This document shows, in pieces, positions 63,001-64,000 of a stretch of DNA of 64,000 nucleotides (positions are counted from its first letter, which is position 1; each line of letters begins with the position of its first letter). Source of the DNA: Octopus vulgaris (Eukaryota); NCBI GenBank assembly GCA_951406725.2, contig OX597822.1, forward strand, positions 112,282,001-112,346,000, given 5' to 3'. The notes under the pieces were generated by a model. It worked only from the letters and a program-made list of their open reading frames with translations, was not told the origin of the DNA and searched no databases. Position numbers and translations under genes: made by a program.

Positions 63001-64000
63001 GATTGAACCGTAGTCCTAAGGATGACAAGTGGTCACATAAATATATTCATCTCTCATACCTCTTGACTTTTTATGGTTTACATTAATTATATACGTAGGC
63101 ACCAAAATGTTGGTGTTTTTTTTATCGTGAGCAATTAATGTTTTGTACTCATGTTATCTTCAAAGTAAACAAGGAGATTGTCGTTGGTATTGATATATTA
63201 TTGGTATATTATTGATGTAATATTATTATTGAGGTGACGCTGGTTGATTGGTAGAAATGGTTGAGTACCCAACAGAATCAATATTAAAGTGCCTCTTTGG
63301 TCTTCATTCTCTTGGGAGTCGATAAAGTTAAAAACCAGTTATATTCATCTCTCATACCTCTTGACTATTTATGGTTGACATTAATTATATACGTACGCAC
63401 CAAAATGTTGGTGTTTTTTTAATCGTGAGCAATTAATGTTTTGTACTCTTTTATCTTCAAAGTCATTTGACTGTGGCTATGCTGGGGCACCGCCTTTAGT
63501 CGGACAAATTGACCCCAGGACTTATTCTTTGTAAGCCTAGTACTTATTCTACGGGGACGTAAACACACCAGCATCGGTTGTCAAGCGATGCTGGAGGTAC
63601 AAACACAGTCACACAAACACACACACACACATATATATATGTACATATATACGACGGGCTTCTTTCAGTTTCCGTCTATCAAATCCACTCACAAGGCTTT
63701 GGTCAGCCCGAGGCTATAGTAGAAGGCACTTGCTCAAGGTGCCACGCAGTGGGACTGAACCTGGAACCATGTGGTTCGTAAGCAAGCTATTTACCACACA
63801 TCCCCTCATGCGTATGTAAGAAAACATTATTATTATTATTATTGTTATTGTTAAGGCGGCGAGCTGGCAGAACCCTTAGCACGGCGGGGCAAAATGCTTA
63901 GCGGCATTTCGTTCGTCTTTACGTTCTGAGTTCAATTTCCGCCGAGGTCGTCTTTGCTTTTCATTCTATCAGGGTCGAAAAAATAAGTACCAATTGAGCA

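Overview
AT-rich, repeat-dense eukaryotic DNA. The SINE/MITE complement suggests an Octopus (coleoid cephalopod) genome; this is inference. Three housekeeping genes were reconstructed by hand. GTPBP10 (Obg-family GTPase, minus strand, 9 coding exons, 19668->4886, 394 aa) and ISY1 (spliceosomal factor, plus strand, 11 coding exons, 19880->40309, 287 aa) lie head-to-head, with putative start codons only 211 bp apart. PGLS (6-phosphogluconolactonase, minus strand, 45330->44593) is intronless. Introns and intergenic DNA contain tRNA-derived SINEs, RTE/CR1 LINE 3' ends, Tc1/mariner remnants, piggyBac-, hAT- and Merlin-like MITEs, a Gypsy protease relic, and a Helentron-like element split by an ORF1-only insertion. 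The most unusual signal is three different minimal hammerhead-ribozyme motifs of the Penelope-associated, dimer-cleaving type, one with a compensatory G3-C8 core. At two loci they sit downstream of a tRNA-like Pol III head and next to inverted duplications, suggesting ribozyme-carrying SINE-like elements mobilised by Penelope-like retroelements. Repeat boundaries are approximate (about +/-10 nt); nothing was computed or database-searched.
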